DNA of 64,000 nt. Origin: Ptychodera flava (taxonomy: Eukaryota). Positions 40,271 to 50,384 of this stretch are shown piece after piece (positions within the stretch are counted from its first letter, which is position 1; the number at the start of each line of letters is the position of its first letter). The stretch covers positions 23,835,744 through 23,899,743 of the forward strand of contig NC_091939.1 in the NCBI RefSeq assembly GCF_041260155.1, given 5' to 3'. The translations under genes and the position numbers were made by a program. The notes beneath the pieces were generated by a model. It had not been told where the DNA came from. It was given only the letters and a program-made list of their open reading frames with translations, and did no database searches.

Positions 40271-41084
40271 ATTGACTGTTGATCTAAATGCCTATGATCT
40301 GCTATCTTGTCTGCTATCAACAGGCATAAGGATTAGGGCGAGATTCTTAGATTGGTTATATCATGGATGTACAATTTGTACATTCATGGGTCATATGGAA
40401 GATGTGTGTACACTCACAGTTTTTGGATAGGGTAGTGAATTTCGCCCAGAGCCATTTCATAAATGACAACTAGTGCGATATCTTTCATAAATGACGACCA
40501 GTACGAAATCTTATTACCATACCCTTCGAAACTTTATTGTGTTTATCCTCAAACTGTTAACACGACGGAAGTGGTATTTAGGGGGTCAAAGTTGTCAAAT
40601 CGTTGACCCCATGTTGAGTGCGTAGTAATCGGACTGCTATCGCAGTAATCGGACGTCGTATTTGGAATGTGATTATAGGGGCTAAATATTGATATTTTGA
40701 AACTTCAAACCCCCTATTTTCAATTTCGATGTGATCAGAAAACTGTTTATAAAAATTTTGTGATAAATCAGTTACGTTTAATCCATGGACGCGCAACTAT
40801 ATTTCGACGTGTATAGCTCAGATATCGGACATTGTCTCTCTGTGTTGCGTTTGACACCTTGTATCGTACGGTGTTGTTAACTTCGCCAAGTTTGTAGTGC
40901 CCGAAATAGCTTCTACCGAAAAAATAACTATTCAAAACGGGACAGCACCGTCACCTAACTTAGTATGCGGTAACATGACTTGTAAAACGCTATCAATACG
41001 GAGCGAAGTGAGTACAACGAACAGCATGTCATTAAATGTCCAAAAACTGAGGTCGTCCGAAAACTGTCACACTGAGTATACGGC

Positions 41085-42140
41085 CATATAATCTTATGGA
41101 AATCTGGTCACGACATGCGACATGCGACCTGCGACTTCAAAACTGCGACCTGCATCCTGCGAGTTTGAAACATGCGACCTGCTACTTCGGCATTTAGACC
41201 TAGGTGTAACCTGCGACTTCACAACAGCGACCTGCGTCCTGCGTGTTTGTCAAACTGTGACCTGCGACTTCACAACTGGTACATGCGACCTGCGTGTTTG
41301 TCAATGTAAAGGAAAAGTTCAGATAATCGATTGAAATGCCTTAAACAAACTAATCGTTGTCAGATTAGTACAACATTTACTGTTAACATAACGAGCACTA
41401 GCAACGCTCAAAATATGCCCTAAAACAAAAATCCTTATAAGCGTCCAGAAACACCGGATCGCTCACTATAGAGTCAGTCAATAGTGGCCAACTCTCTCAA
41501 TAATGAATCTGGCTTCTCCTCCTCAAGGACGAAGATGACTTCATCACACAACCAAGCAGAGGGGATACAAAACAAGAAAGCGACTGATGAAGGAACCCCA
41601 TTTTTTGTTCCGAAACACCGTTAAGACGAATCACTCAATCAACAAACCGGTTTACCAGGGACCCAGATATGACTAGGGTCAAAGCACTATCGATTCACCG
41701 GTGTCTCGCCATGTATTCCACACAAAATAAATGCAATGATCCTTTTATTCACCATATCGTAATATTAAACAATCTTGGTAGAGCCAATGTGTGGAGTTGC
41801 CCTCAATTTCCTTTATATTAAACCGGACTTTGAAAGCAACCGAACAACACGTAAGCCAACACAGCTGTGTTATCGAAGCTCATCTCTTTCCTAAATGACA
41901 CCACCTATCACTGATATTACTTAACTTGTGACTGCTTTTCATACTCTCAATAAACACCAAATACCTAAAGGCTAAAATCATGGATCAGGTCGTGATCTCG
42001 CAGGTCGCAATTTCAAACTCGCAGGTGGCAGCTAGGCCAGAGCACCCGGAAGTCGCAGGTTGCAGTTTGACAAACACGCAGGCCGCAGGTCGCAGTTTTG
42101 AAGTCGCAGGTCGCATGTCGTGACCGGATTTCCATATAAT
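41085..42140. mobile_element. Non-autonomous DNA transposon or MITE of about 1.05 kb with 150-230-bp TIRs built from CTGCGACYTGCGA subrepeats. It has a candidate 8-bp target-site duplication TATAATCT.
   Basis: 41100-41320 is the reverse complement of 41985-42135. The flanks are ccaTATAATCT|tatggaaatc on the left and gatttcca|TATAATCTcc on the right. It lies in DPH1 intron 1. Confidence 0.6.
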
Positions 42141-42448
42141 CTCCATGCACATACAAAATATTTGGTACAAATCACTACAGACCTAGTAGGGAGCCAAATA
42201 GGATAAGTTTAATGGTAGTAGCAACAGCCTTCCAGAACACCCATTTTAGTTCGCATCCAAATGTTTTGTGTCAACCTTTCTTTCCTTGGGCCGGAATAAG
42301 GACACGTGTGATGGGACGAACGGCTCGGGAAAACAAGATATGTTTCAAGAGCCTCGATCGTGTGTGTGAACTTGTGAAGTCAAGGCAATGATTTAAATAG
42401 AATGTAACTCTAACGTACCGGAAGCGTTGCCTTCTTTCCTAATCTTAC

Positions 42449-42545
42449 CCTTGGACCCAACAAAGCGTTTCTTGGGAGCATTTTTGGCTGAGACTACCAC
42501 TGGTTGGCTGTGTGGACGTAGCTCGGCAGATGGTAGATCCGCCAT
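42449..42545 (-). CDS. DPH1: DPH1 exon 1 (first coding exon). Encodes MADLPSAELRPHSQPVVVSAKNAPKKRFVGSK plus 1 nt; the 5' UTR extends upstream to an unknown point.
   Basis: On the minus strand an ATG sits in aaacATGG context at 42545-42543. The donor G|gtaaga follows base 42449. The exon ends in phase 1, which matches the 2-nt start of exon 2 (g+ag=Glu). This N-terminus is poorly conserved, so the call depends on phase match and context. Confidence 0.55.
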
Positions 42546-42760
42546 GTTTTGATGATGTCATTGTGCGCAAAGTGTTTGCGCAGAGATATTTCTGCGCAGC
42601 TGCTCCAAGACGTACGTGCTCCAAACCACCGTCCCTTCACCCACGTGTGTGGAGGGATGGTGTCCAAACCAATGAAAACATAGCGTATAGCGAATATGTC
42701 CGTCCCTAGGGGGGTGGTGGAGGGATGCATTGGTCCCAGCACAGGTTTCTTCTTGCTATT
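42546..42760 (-). promoter_or_regulatory. DPH1: Putative DPH1 5' UTR and core promoter region. It is CpG-containing and has a CACGTG E-box and a CCAAT motif.
   Basis: It sits immediately upstream of the exon-1 ATG on the minus strand. Local CpG density (cgcagctgctccaagacgtacgtg, cacgtgtg) is higher than the surrounding AT-rich repeats. No TSS evidence is available. Confidence 0.25.
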
Positions 42761-42844
42761 GTTTATTTTATTTTGACACGTTTGACTATAATATGTAGCC
42801 TACAGAGCCTAGTGCCACTAGGCCTAAAGATTTACACCATCATC

Positions 42845-43100
42845 TGTGTTCTATTCCGGTCTGTATCTATCCCGGGGTGTCTATGCAGGTCACAGTCACC
42901 TGTGGTCGGTCTATTCCGCTCGGCGGCCTCTATGACCCCATAGACGTGTGTACACACGTCTATAGGCATAGACGCCCAGCGAAATAGAACGACCACAGGT
43001 GACTGTGATGCAGTCTATGCCCCCTGTAGACGTGTGTACATACACAGTCACCTGTGGTCTATTCCACTCTGTGTCTATGCGCCCCATACGTGTGTGGGGC
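42845..43100. repeat. Two adjacent or nested copies of a roughly 135-bp perfect-hairpin repeat with termini CACAGTCACCTGTGG...CCACAGGTGACTGTG.
   Basis: The hairpin is self-complementary around tgtgtacaCAcgtcta. Related palindromes occur at 44340-44450 and 44740-44960. Confidence 0.55.
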
Positions 43101-43384
43101 TACTAATAATAATTTATAATAATAATAATAATTTTATTGAGCTCTACGACCCCTTTCGAGGTATGAGAGTACATTTACATCAAAATCTCTGAACAGGAGA
43201 TAAATAAATCGAAAAAAAATTCTGAAAAAAGACTTTTAAATGTATTAAAAAATAGCACTAGAAGTAGAACAATTACATGCACATACGGAAAAATACATAA
43301 AGCAGAAAAAAACTACTTAAACTTGTTCATAATGAGGTTGGCGAATTTCGCTAATTTTGAGAGCTCATGCATGCTGGTTCTTCT

Positions 43385-44445
43385 CTGGCATATGTACACA
43401 CGTCTAGGGGGCGCATAGACGCAGAGCGCAATAGATCACCAGTCCGGGTCAGCTCCAAAATTGGAGACTCATTATGATAATGTATTCCGGCATTCAGCCA
43501 ATCATCGACCAGATTACATCATTAATACAGTACAGGTCACGCTGGGTCACAAATTACCCACCAAGTGTGATCGGCAGTTTTGGGCCGCTTATTAAGCCCC
43601 TGTCTTGTGAATTTCGACGAATTTCGACAATCAACATAATCCACGTGTTCTGCAGAAGGTATGTCCAACAAGGAGTCCGATTAGTGAACAAATATTCGAA
43701 ATATTGACAATTCATTTCTACCCCAGTTTATCGATTTCGCTCAAGTACCGAGAATCATTTTGTGGATATTCGTCATCTCTATTAGAAATACTGTTATAAA
43801 GGTTATTTGTGTAGGTACGCGTATAACATTTTGCAAGGAAGAAGAGCAATGTCAGAGCTTTAAAACGATACCTGTTTTGTAGTTGTCAAACGCAGACTAA
43901 AAATGGTACGCGTTTTTGAAAATGTGTTGACAGAGTGGCCACACAACTGTTCCCCATACGGTGAATTTGTATCGCTGCCATCACCGATACAAATGGGGTA
44001 TTCTGAACGATCTGTGTAGGTACACGATTTATATTTCGCAGGACTTCAAGCCAGAGTCTAGGAATCACAGCGATATATGGGTTTGGTTGTCTTAGCCAGA
44101 ATAAAACTGGTACGCGCTTTTGAAATTGTGTTTTGACAGAGTGGCCACACAACTGTACGACATTATGACAGAATACGGCGCGGGAGTTCGACACAGTATG
44201 GCGTACGTAACGAAGGACGCATGTGGAGGTTGCCAGGAAATACAATTTTTACTGATGGCGCGCTGGCCGTTGATTGGCTAATGGGAGTGGGGAAATATTA
44301 TGGTATAGCGCTCCAATTTTGGAGCTGACCCGGATTGATCACAGGTGACTGTGGTACATATGCCTGAGAAGGTTCTTCTCAGGCATATGTACACAAGTCT
44401 ACCATAGACGCAGAGCGGAATAGAACACAGGTGACTGTGCTTACA
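43385..44445. mobile_element. Element with about 80-bp inverted termini (gtcagctccaaaattggagac... / ...gtctccaattttggagctgac) and an internal 120-bp direct repeat.
   Basis: 43400-43470 is the reverse complement of 44290-44340. The direct repeats are at 43880-43990 and 44090-44160 (tggtacgcg.ttttgaaa.tgtgtt..gacagagtggccacacaactgt). Confidence 0.4.
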
Positions 44446-44739
44446 CCACCAACCTTTGATGCCTTAACTTGGTCTCATCATGGAGGTAGTAGGCCTACAT
44501 GGTCTCATCATGGAGCACAGTGACAAAACATTGAGTCGGTATAGACTATAAGACTGTCAAAGGACAAATACACGAAACAATGGAGGAGGCAAAGAAATTT
44601 TTACAAAACCAGTCTCCTCCATAGCACTGGTTTTTTAAAGATTTCTTTGTCTCCTCCACTGTTTCGTGTATTTGTCCTTTGATAGTCTTACGCGAAGTTT
44701 TGTCACTGTGTTGGCCGGGTCTATTATCTAACGCGTTTC

Positions 44740-44960
44740 ATTGCCCGATGCACAGTCACTCGTGAGCTATTCAGCTCTGGGACTATTCGCCCCATAGACG
44801 AGTGTACATAAGCGAGAAAAAAACCAGCTCTGGGACTATTCGCCAGATAGACGTGTGTACATAAGCGCTTATGTACACTCGTCTATGGGGCGAATAGTCC
44901 CAGAGCTGGGTTTTTTTCTCGCTTATGTACACTCGTCTATGGGAGGAATAGTCCCAGAGC
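44740..44960. repeat. 220-bp near-perfect palindrome (cacagtcactcgtgagc...gctcacgagtgactgtg), the same CACAGTCAC-ended family.
   Basis: The reverse-complement symmetry is centred at about 44868. Confidence 0.55.
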
Positions 44961-45870
44961 TGAATAGCTCACGAGTGACTGTGCCTGATGCGCCAAAGCA
45001 AGCAAGGGTAAGTTACTAATCCGTGGACTCTGCTGTCACCAGATTATCACCGGATTAACTTTGACACAGTCAACAACGAACGCAACAGCATGGTATCCAC
45101 AGCATGTACAGGAACTCTGACTGAATAATAGTAAACAAGTAAATAAAAAATAGAAAAATAAAAATAAAATAGAAAACAAGGTCAAAAAAGAAAAAAAGCA
45201 TCAAAAACAAACAAGTAAACAAAACAAACAAGTAAACAAGTAAAGAAACAATAGACTGACAGATCAATCGTGAGATTTCCATGAAACAGACTAGATTCAT
45301 CTTGCTATGGTCCTAGCAATGTGAATCTAGTTTGTTCAAGGTCTAGACGCAACGACCGATCATCCTGCGAGTAATGTGCCCAATCAGCTTGAAGATGTCT
45401 TGCCGATAACAGGATATTACATTCTAAATTAAATTATTTACTAATATTAAAAAGGCCTCGTTGACCGGCAAATTTTAAGGTCATAGAAATAAGCGGTTCA
45501 GCCGTCATTCACTGTGTCGTGGTCTCAGCTACCGGCCGAACACACGCATGCAAATTACGTTGTTCACATAGAAACCGCATGCAGCATAGCCAAAAGCAAG
45601 AAAAAAAATTGAAATTTTAGCATCTGGTCCTCGCTTTCCTAAATATATGAACCAATCTATACAAAGTGTATTGATGAGCGATGTGTGAGTACACAGATAA
45701 ACAGGTAATGAGTCATTATTCAGCTCAGTCCGATTCGAAAAGGTATGGATAGTACAACTCGTTGAGCCGATATATCGGTCGTATTGGTAGTTTGTGCATG
45801 CTGCTGGCTTTGATTAGGCAATCTGGTAAACTGTTCTACAGGCTGACCAACCCCGGTGTTATACATATAA

Positions 45871-46193
45871 GGTAGAACGCGCCTCGGGGACAGATATTCG
45901 GGCTTTCAAATTTTATCGATTCTCTTCTGATCTACCGCTTGTGGTGGCTCATTTAAAGCTACTGGTTTAAGAAAAGTTTTCACCTCCTTTTTTTGTAAAA
46001 TAGAAAATTTTATTTTTCTCCATAGAGTTAACACAGGGAATCATGGGTAAGTTGTCTCTCGTACCAAATTTTGCGGGGTGACCCTAGATTTTTATCCTTG
46101 TTTAAATTTGGTCAGGGATCCGTAATGGTCGAAAGTTTCATTGAGGAAAGCTTGAGCAAAAGTTTGTCTTTCACTTTCGAGGCGCATACTACC
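45871..46193 (-). mobile_element. MITE family A, full copy in inverted orientation.
   Basis: Its ends are ggtagaacgcgcctcgggg and cgaggcgcatactacc. Confidence 0.8.
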
Positions 46194-46322
46194 TCAATGA
46201 AAATGTTCATGTTTTTTTTGAAAAATTGAATCGAACGCTTCGTATGCATACTCGAGCAAATTTATGGTCTGTATATACGTGTACGTACACATTAAATATT
46301 TCTAAAAAATCCTGATGTCACA

Positions 46323-46381
46323 TGTATGTATGTATGTATGTATGTATGTATGTATGTATGTATGTATGTATTATGTGTACG
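46323..46381. repeat. (TGTA)n microsatellite in the DPH1-opsin intergenic region.
   Basis: Read directly. Confidence 0.95.
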
Positions 46382-47140
46382 TGTTTGCGTGTGTGCGTGG
46401 ACGCACACACATATTTATGCCGTAGGCCTACATACCTTCCATTTACAATATTCTCGTGTCACATTCACGTGACCTCATTGAACAGATAGCCGTTATGAGA
46501 CCGAGGTAAAACAAAGAAGGTAGTCTTTTTCTTGCACTTTAGTTCCCGCCCCCGGCAGCAGCTTCATTTTGCAACTTTGAGTTTTGTAATTTTTGCCTTA
46601 CCGCACTCCCTGAGGCTAAGTGTGTTGTTGAGCAAATAAAGTAAATTTTAAATTATTCACCCTTCATTGGTAAAAGAAATGCTACACATGTAACATGCCC
46701 GGACAAATAGGACGGCTCAGTCGAAAGAAGCTTTTCTGTTAAGTCGTAGAGACTCAAATAATGTACAGTTGTGTAAATTCAGGGTTGCTTTTTGAAAGTG
46801 AGAAGAAAAATGATTGAGAGAACTGAGCAGAGTAGGGTTGATCCACAGTGACTGTACGTGGAGCCTGGTCGTATAGGTTTCAAGTTCTGTGTATAATATA
46901 TGCTATAGGTTACACAAGACTCGTTTAATTGGTGAAGAAAATAGCATAAGTGCGCAGGAAATGTTCAACATTTTCTGGACTGCTCAGGCGTTGTCAAGCA
47001 CTTTCGGGGGGAAATACGTCGGCACGGTCCTTGACGTAGATAGTCTTCCGTGCTGTTGGTTATTCAAACGGCGACGTGGACGTGGCCAAATAGGCAAGCG
47101 AATTAGGAGTGCATCCCCTCACGAACTGAGACTAATAAAG

Positions 47141-47222
47141 ATGCTACACTGGAACATTATCATTCCAGTCTCCCTCTCTTTCCTGGGGACAAACCAACAT
47201 GCAAGCATCTACTCTCTTGTCG
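47141..47222 (+). CDS. Opsin-like GPCR candidate exon 1, encoding MLHWNIIIPVSLSFLGTNQHASIYSLV plus g (N-terminus and the start of TM1).
   Basis: The ATG is in aaagATGc context. The donor TCG|gtaaat is in phase 1, which matches the phase of the acceptor at 48223/48225. Splicing yields a continuous TM1 (ASIYSLVGTFSVLGNGFVILHYAI). The N-terminus is short and has no N-glycosylation site, so this exon or its start codon may be wrong. Confidence 0.4.
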
Positions 47223-48224
47223 GTAAATCAAAGCACTGCGACGGACACAGTTGAAGATTTGGTTTTGGGGGAAACAAAAGAAAACAAAATCGTCTCTGGT
47301 TACCTTCTGTTAGTATGTGAGTAAACATTCTTTTTTTTGTATGTGTTTCATATGCTGAAATTTACTGTGTGACGTGATGTTATGTTCTTGTACATTGACG
47401 GCCGAATCCAAGAGTTCGATTGGATGTGTCCAAATGTAGCAAATTAATCGGCAGTTCAATGTGCTCATTAACTTATCGTACTGTGATGCGCGTCGTTAAT
47501 AGCCCTCATAAAAAACAAGAATGCGCGAATACGTTTTGAATGAACAACCCGAAAAGATGCTGGAATATTGTGATATTATAAAAGACGTGCCCCATTGATG
47601 GCTCAAAGTCGCTATTTTCTGGCATGTGAAGGAGAATGAAGTATCTTTCCTTATAATTTCCGCGTGAGCGTCGAAATTTAACCTCGGTGTGCCCACAGTC
47701 CCTCTATGTGTGCCGTATATTTCGAGTAGATTTGCAACGCGTTAGAAATTAGTCATTTATGGCGCGCTGATACTACAGAAATTACAGCAATTTGCCGTCC
47801 AAACAGGATAAGGTCTTTTGACATTGCTCTGACATTTACATGAGCTTGTAACAAGAATCAGCGACTTCCAAGATTGTCTGAGACTGGCAGCTCCCGTCAT
47901 CATGGAAAATATCAAGGGCAGGATTTACCAGACTTGTATATCAATTGTACATTCACACTCCAAAATCCATTACACATCCCAAAAGTACCCTGAAACAGGG
48001 CTGTGTGTGAGATCTGTAACGAAGCGAGTTTTCATGAAGATGTAAGCTTACACGTTTTATGTAGCAATATGAATGAAAAATTATCAAGCTCGCACCGATT
48101 TTACCTTAAATTATGATTGGTTGAAATAATGTTTAAACATAGTGACTTCATGTGTTATTACAAGTTTCCGAACGTAAAAAATAATGCATGCATGTGCCTT
48201 ACATTGGTTTTGCCGTCTATGCAG

Positions 48225-48518
48225 GTACGTTCAGTGTGTTGGGGAACGGCTTTGTCATTCTGCACTACGCAATCGCTCGGCCGAAGGTGATCAAACCGAT
48301 CGAGAAATACATCGTCAACCTGGCCTTTTCTGACATCGGCGTGTCGGTGTTAGGGTATCCCATCGTCGCCCTCAGCAACCTCTTTAGTACCCGTCACAAG
48401 AGCACTTTCGTCTGCTTTTGGGACGGCTTCAGTGGTTTTGTGTTCGGCATCGTGAACATCTGGACGGTGACGGCCATTGCGTGCTCTACATACCTGGCGT
48501 TACGCAAGCCCGGATTTG
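48225..48518 (+). CDS. Opsin-like GPCR exon, encoding (G)TFSVLGNGFVILHYAI...NLAFSDIGVSVLGYPIV...VCFWDGFSGFVFG...IACSTYLALRKPGF plus g (TM1 to the end of TM3).
   Basis: Class A hallmarks are present: GN in TM1, NLAxxD in TM2 and the TM3 disulfide Cys. An in-frame stop at 48182 prevents upstream extension, so the acceptor ctatgcag|GT at 48223 is proposed. The donor is TTTG|gtaaga at 48518/48519, in phase 1. An alternative 5' end is Met 48188. Confidence 0.8.
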
Positions 48519-48785
48519 GTAAGATGAACTTTGAATTCTTGGCGAATAATGTACCGAAACATGAAGTATTACATCATGATTTTTGCCTTTTTGTACGTGT
48601 TTTACGTTTTCCCGAATATTTTCTGACTTTGGGGGTTCTGGGTAGATGTTTTCATGAGCAGTTCGGGTTTTTTGATGACTTCGTTCGGACCCCGTGTGCC
48701 ATGGAAGATTAATGTCTTATTGGAAAAAAGATGTAGAAACATGGGTTATTTATGTTTCAATTTAAATGATATGAACGAATAAATT

Positions 48786-48870
48786 GATGAATGAATGAAT
48801 GAATGAATGAATGAATGAATGAATGAATGAATGAATGAATGAATGAATGAATGAATGAATGAATGAATGA
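48786..48870. repeat. (GAAT)n microsatellite of about 21 units, in opsin intron 2.
   Basis: Read directly. It produces the fake FIHS-repeat ORFs 48746 and 48762 (-). Confidence 0.95.
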
Positions 48871-50384
48871 ACAAACGAAAGAACGAATACATATCTAAAA
48901 TTACGCCTGTCCAAAACCACATGCAAAACATAGCCCAGACAGAAGTCTATCAATTAAACGTAGACATACGGAAGCAGGAATAATATTGATTTGTTTTCTA
49001 TTTCTATTTCGGATCAATTGGTTTATAACTTTTCACGGCAAGTTATACCAAAATGTGTTATACCGAGCGAGGAAGAAATAGTTTGTAAATTTATCTATCG
49101 AAAGAGGTTTTCTGTTTATTTTTCTCCGCCGATTTTACTTTGTGATAAATATTTCCTGACATGTTTGATCCTCTGTGTGAAATTAAGGCAATACGCGCCT
49201 TTAGGCATCCATGGCTATACGACGACATCATTGCAATGTGTGGGAAGTGAGAGTTGAGAAGGAAAATATGGAAGAGGATACGGGTTCAGGCATTTTAGAC
49301 TAAATGTAAAATGCACAAGAGATAAGAGTTGTATCAGAAATCGTCGGGTAAGGATACTAGTACGTAAGAGGCATTCACAGATTTACAAGGTGACGAAATG
49401 TGGGCGGCTGCAAGTAAATGTCACGTGATTCGCGTAATTCGTGACTAATAAAACTGTGATGGAAGAACATGCGAACGTGACGAAGACGTCAATTCTTCAT
49501 TTTGAAAGAATAGAAGTTTTCGGGGCGAGGGGAGGGGGGGGGCGCTACTACCATAGCGTAATAAAACAACTGGACCCCCCCCCCCCCCAAGGATTGAGCT
49601 GATTTATAAATTGTTCAGTGGTGGGCGTCTCGTTTAGCCTTCCTGAATTTTAAAATCGTAGCATTCATTCAGAGCGCGGCGCTCATATTTTACGATTTGG
49701 AACCTAAAACTGCTTCGCGAAGGACTATTTGTTGACCTTTTTGCACGGTAAGCTGGACGTTTTAAAACCTGTGAGGGTGTCTTTGCACCTTAGGAGTAGA
49801 CATGATGACGAATGATAATCATATGTATGATGAATGTACACTTGAAGTACCTCGGTAACTTCGAAAATCGATCCGACGCGGTTTAGACACTGGGTCTCAA
49901 CAGGGGCAAATATATTCAGAAACGCATCACAGTTTTTACTTGTATTTTCAAAGTTGCTTGAAAATGATAAGACTATTCTATTTACGCTTTGTAAATATCT
50001 TAGTGTCTTCTGAAGTGCACTTTAAGCATTTAATTTTGTGTCAAGCTATAAGCATCTTCGCTTGTCTAGGTCTCTTGTCCGGGCAACTTGATGCTCCCCG
50101 GAAACAGAGACTGTAGTCGAACTAACGATCCGCGCGAGCGGACGATTCGGCTAACTCTTAAACGTAGGTCGCAAAACACTTGTGCTTGCCTATTAGCAAG
50201 ACTTATGGGTTACACAAGTTAAACTTCTTCCGCACGGATTCTATTTCTGCGCCATCAGAGTTGGCTGCAGCTTACAGAAATTAATCTCCAGGGCTTCCAG
50301 AGTTGATCGCTGGCAACGGTCTGAATACCCGCTGAAGTTGTTGATTCACTGCTATTTTCTCGTTGATATTAGTGATTGACGTCC

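Noticed and set aside
47902-48046. Alternative opsin first exon starting at the ATG at 47902 (MENIKGRIYQTCISIVHS...), with a gtaagc donor.
   Set aside because: The donor is in phase 2, which does not match the phase-1 acceptor at 48223. The peptide is not hydrophobic and resembles no opsin N-terminus.
48746-48953. ORFs with FIHSFIHSFIHS repeats.
   Set aside because: They are translations of the (GAAT)n microsatellite in the opsin intron.
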